Source of the DNA: Orbicella franksi
Lineage: Eukaryota
Assembly (NCBI GenBank): GCA_964199315.1
Contig: OZ116707.1
Location: forward strand, 6,820,001-6,884,000
DNA: 64,000 nucleotides
Reading direction: 5' to 3'
A model generated the notes under the pieces. That model saw only the letters and a program-made list of their open reading frames with translations. It searched no databases and was not told where the DNA came from. Position numbers and translations under genes: made by a program. Below, piece by piece: positions 62,821 through 64,000 of this stretch. Each line of letters begins with the position of its first letter. Within the stretch, counting starts at the first letter, position 1.

Positions 62821-64000
62821 TTTTTAGTTGTTACTGTCATGCGATACCACACTCGAGGATCACACGACCGCAGCATAAAAATAGTAGATCCAGGTTTTTT
62901 ATTTCACAGCAATGAGAGTTTCAAAATTTGTAGACTTATTTCACAAGAGTCTTTATCAAGTAGTCTCAAAGAAAGATATTATAAATACATTTTTTGATAA
63001 ATTCGATTCACGAAGAGCGACTTGTCAATTATCATCACACCATCTCGCCGCTATCAAACCTGGTGTAATGCTGCTGAGTAAATCAAGCCATGCATGTGGA
63101 TGGTAAGTCAAAAACTATATGTTGTTTTAAAATCTGAGAAGAAAACCTTCTATTTGGCAATACCATTTTGTTTTAATGAGAACATGAAACACCTTGCAGC
63201 ACACGAAATAGAACTTAGATGGAATAAATTTAATATTCACAAATTTCCGCTTCAGTAAACAAATGCACACGTACTCATACACAAGTTAGAACTCCTTTTC
63301 AGCTTGCCCACAGAAGATAAAAAATAACTATAAATCATTTAAATGGGAGAAAAGGTCGCATTCAGGCTAAAATTCCACCTGTTGTTTAGGTTATCTCTTG
63401 TATTCATGAAGACAACTGTAAGTTCAAAAGTCATAAACTTCAAGCGAGTACCGTAAATATTGTCGGTAGTCTAAATTTGTAGTTTGAGTTGCCCCAAAAT
63501 TTTATTTCACAGATTGATAGAGGAAGCCTAACTCTTTCTATAGAATACCATCTTTACAGCGGAATCCATGTACCAGGTAGGGAGTTTTGCTGTTGAAATT
63601 TGCCAAAATTGAGCTTTCTGATAATGCTGTTTAGGAGGGTAAATTTGAAAATTTTTTAAAAATTCAAGTTTGAATCTTTTCCAATTTTAATAACGGTACT
63701 TTGTAAAGGAAGGGTCATTGAATTGTGTAATATCGAAATAGTTTTGATATTTGTTTTAGTTTTCTTACACAAGTCGCAAATACGAAGCACATTTTTCAGT
63801 GGTTAAAGGGCTTCTCCAAGGGTGAAAGTTAAAAAATCGCTTTACTTGAAAAATATAAATCCAAACGAACTAAAAGTTGTATTTTCTTAAATAGTTTTCA
63901 GAGGGCTTTCTTGTGAAAAAAAGTTTGAGGGAATTCGATTTTTGCATTTTGCACACCTATCCGTAGTATTTACAGGAAGTCACTCTTAAGATCTCTCTGC

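Larger units (their letters stand above)
60289..63985 (-). mobile_element. Sola3-type DNA transposon, internal-deletion derivative with ~1.3-kb TIRs
   Basis: TTAA TSD (60285-60288 and 63986-63989), termini GAG...CTC, and inverted arms at 60289-~61607 and ~62702-63985. This matches the described Sola3 hallmarks. Confidence 0.85.
58448..64000 (+). mobile_element. PIF/Harbinger DNA transposon, right part split by Sola3 and running out of the window
   Basis: TAA followed by AGGCTGTGTTTTCACTAGG is a putative left terminus upstream of the transposase. The other terminus was not seen. Confidence 0.55.

Overview
AT-rich eukaryotic DNA with GT-AG introns, almost entirely nested and mostly decayed transposable elements. 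The repeat and TE families suggest a cnidarian, probably a stony coral; this is inference. No intact host gene, RNA gene or CRISPR array was found. Five nested stacks can be reconstructed from target-site duplications and split reading frames. (1) An L2 LINE holds a solo LTR and a Gypsy remnant, which holds an ISL2EU element (THAP-DDE transposase plus YqaJ exonuclease). (2) A Mag-type Gypsy holds a Helentron derivative encoding a 2A-like peptide, OTU and DUF6570-like regions. (3) A pogo/Tigger remnant holds an L2 LINE. (4) A Tx1/L1 LINE holds a Crypton tyrosine-recombinase element, which holds a nearly intact young Gypsy. (5) A Harbinger holds a Sola3-type element with ~1.3-kb TIRs, each carrying an inward-facing ATG. 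Also present: a second Helentron (PIF1 helicase), a spliced DUF3987-like P-loop ATPase pseudogene next to FLYWCH/MULE-like exons, a RING/TRAF-like pseudogene, a Ulp1 protease fragment and an unassigned multi-exon pseudogene. All family assignments come from motif recognition by eye, not database searches.
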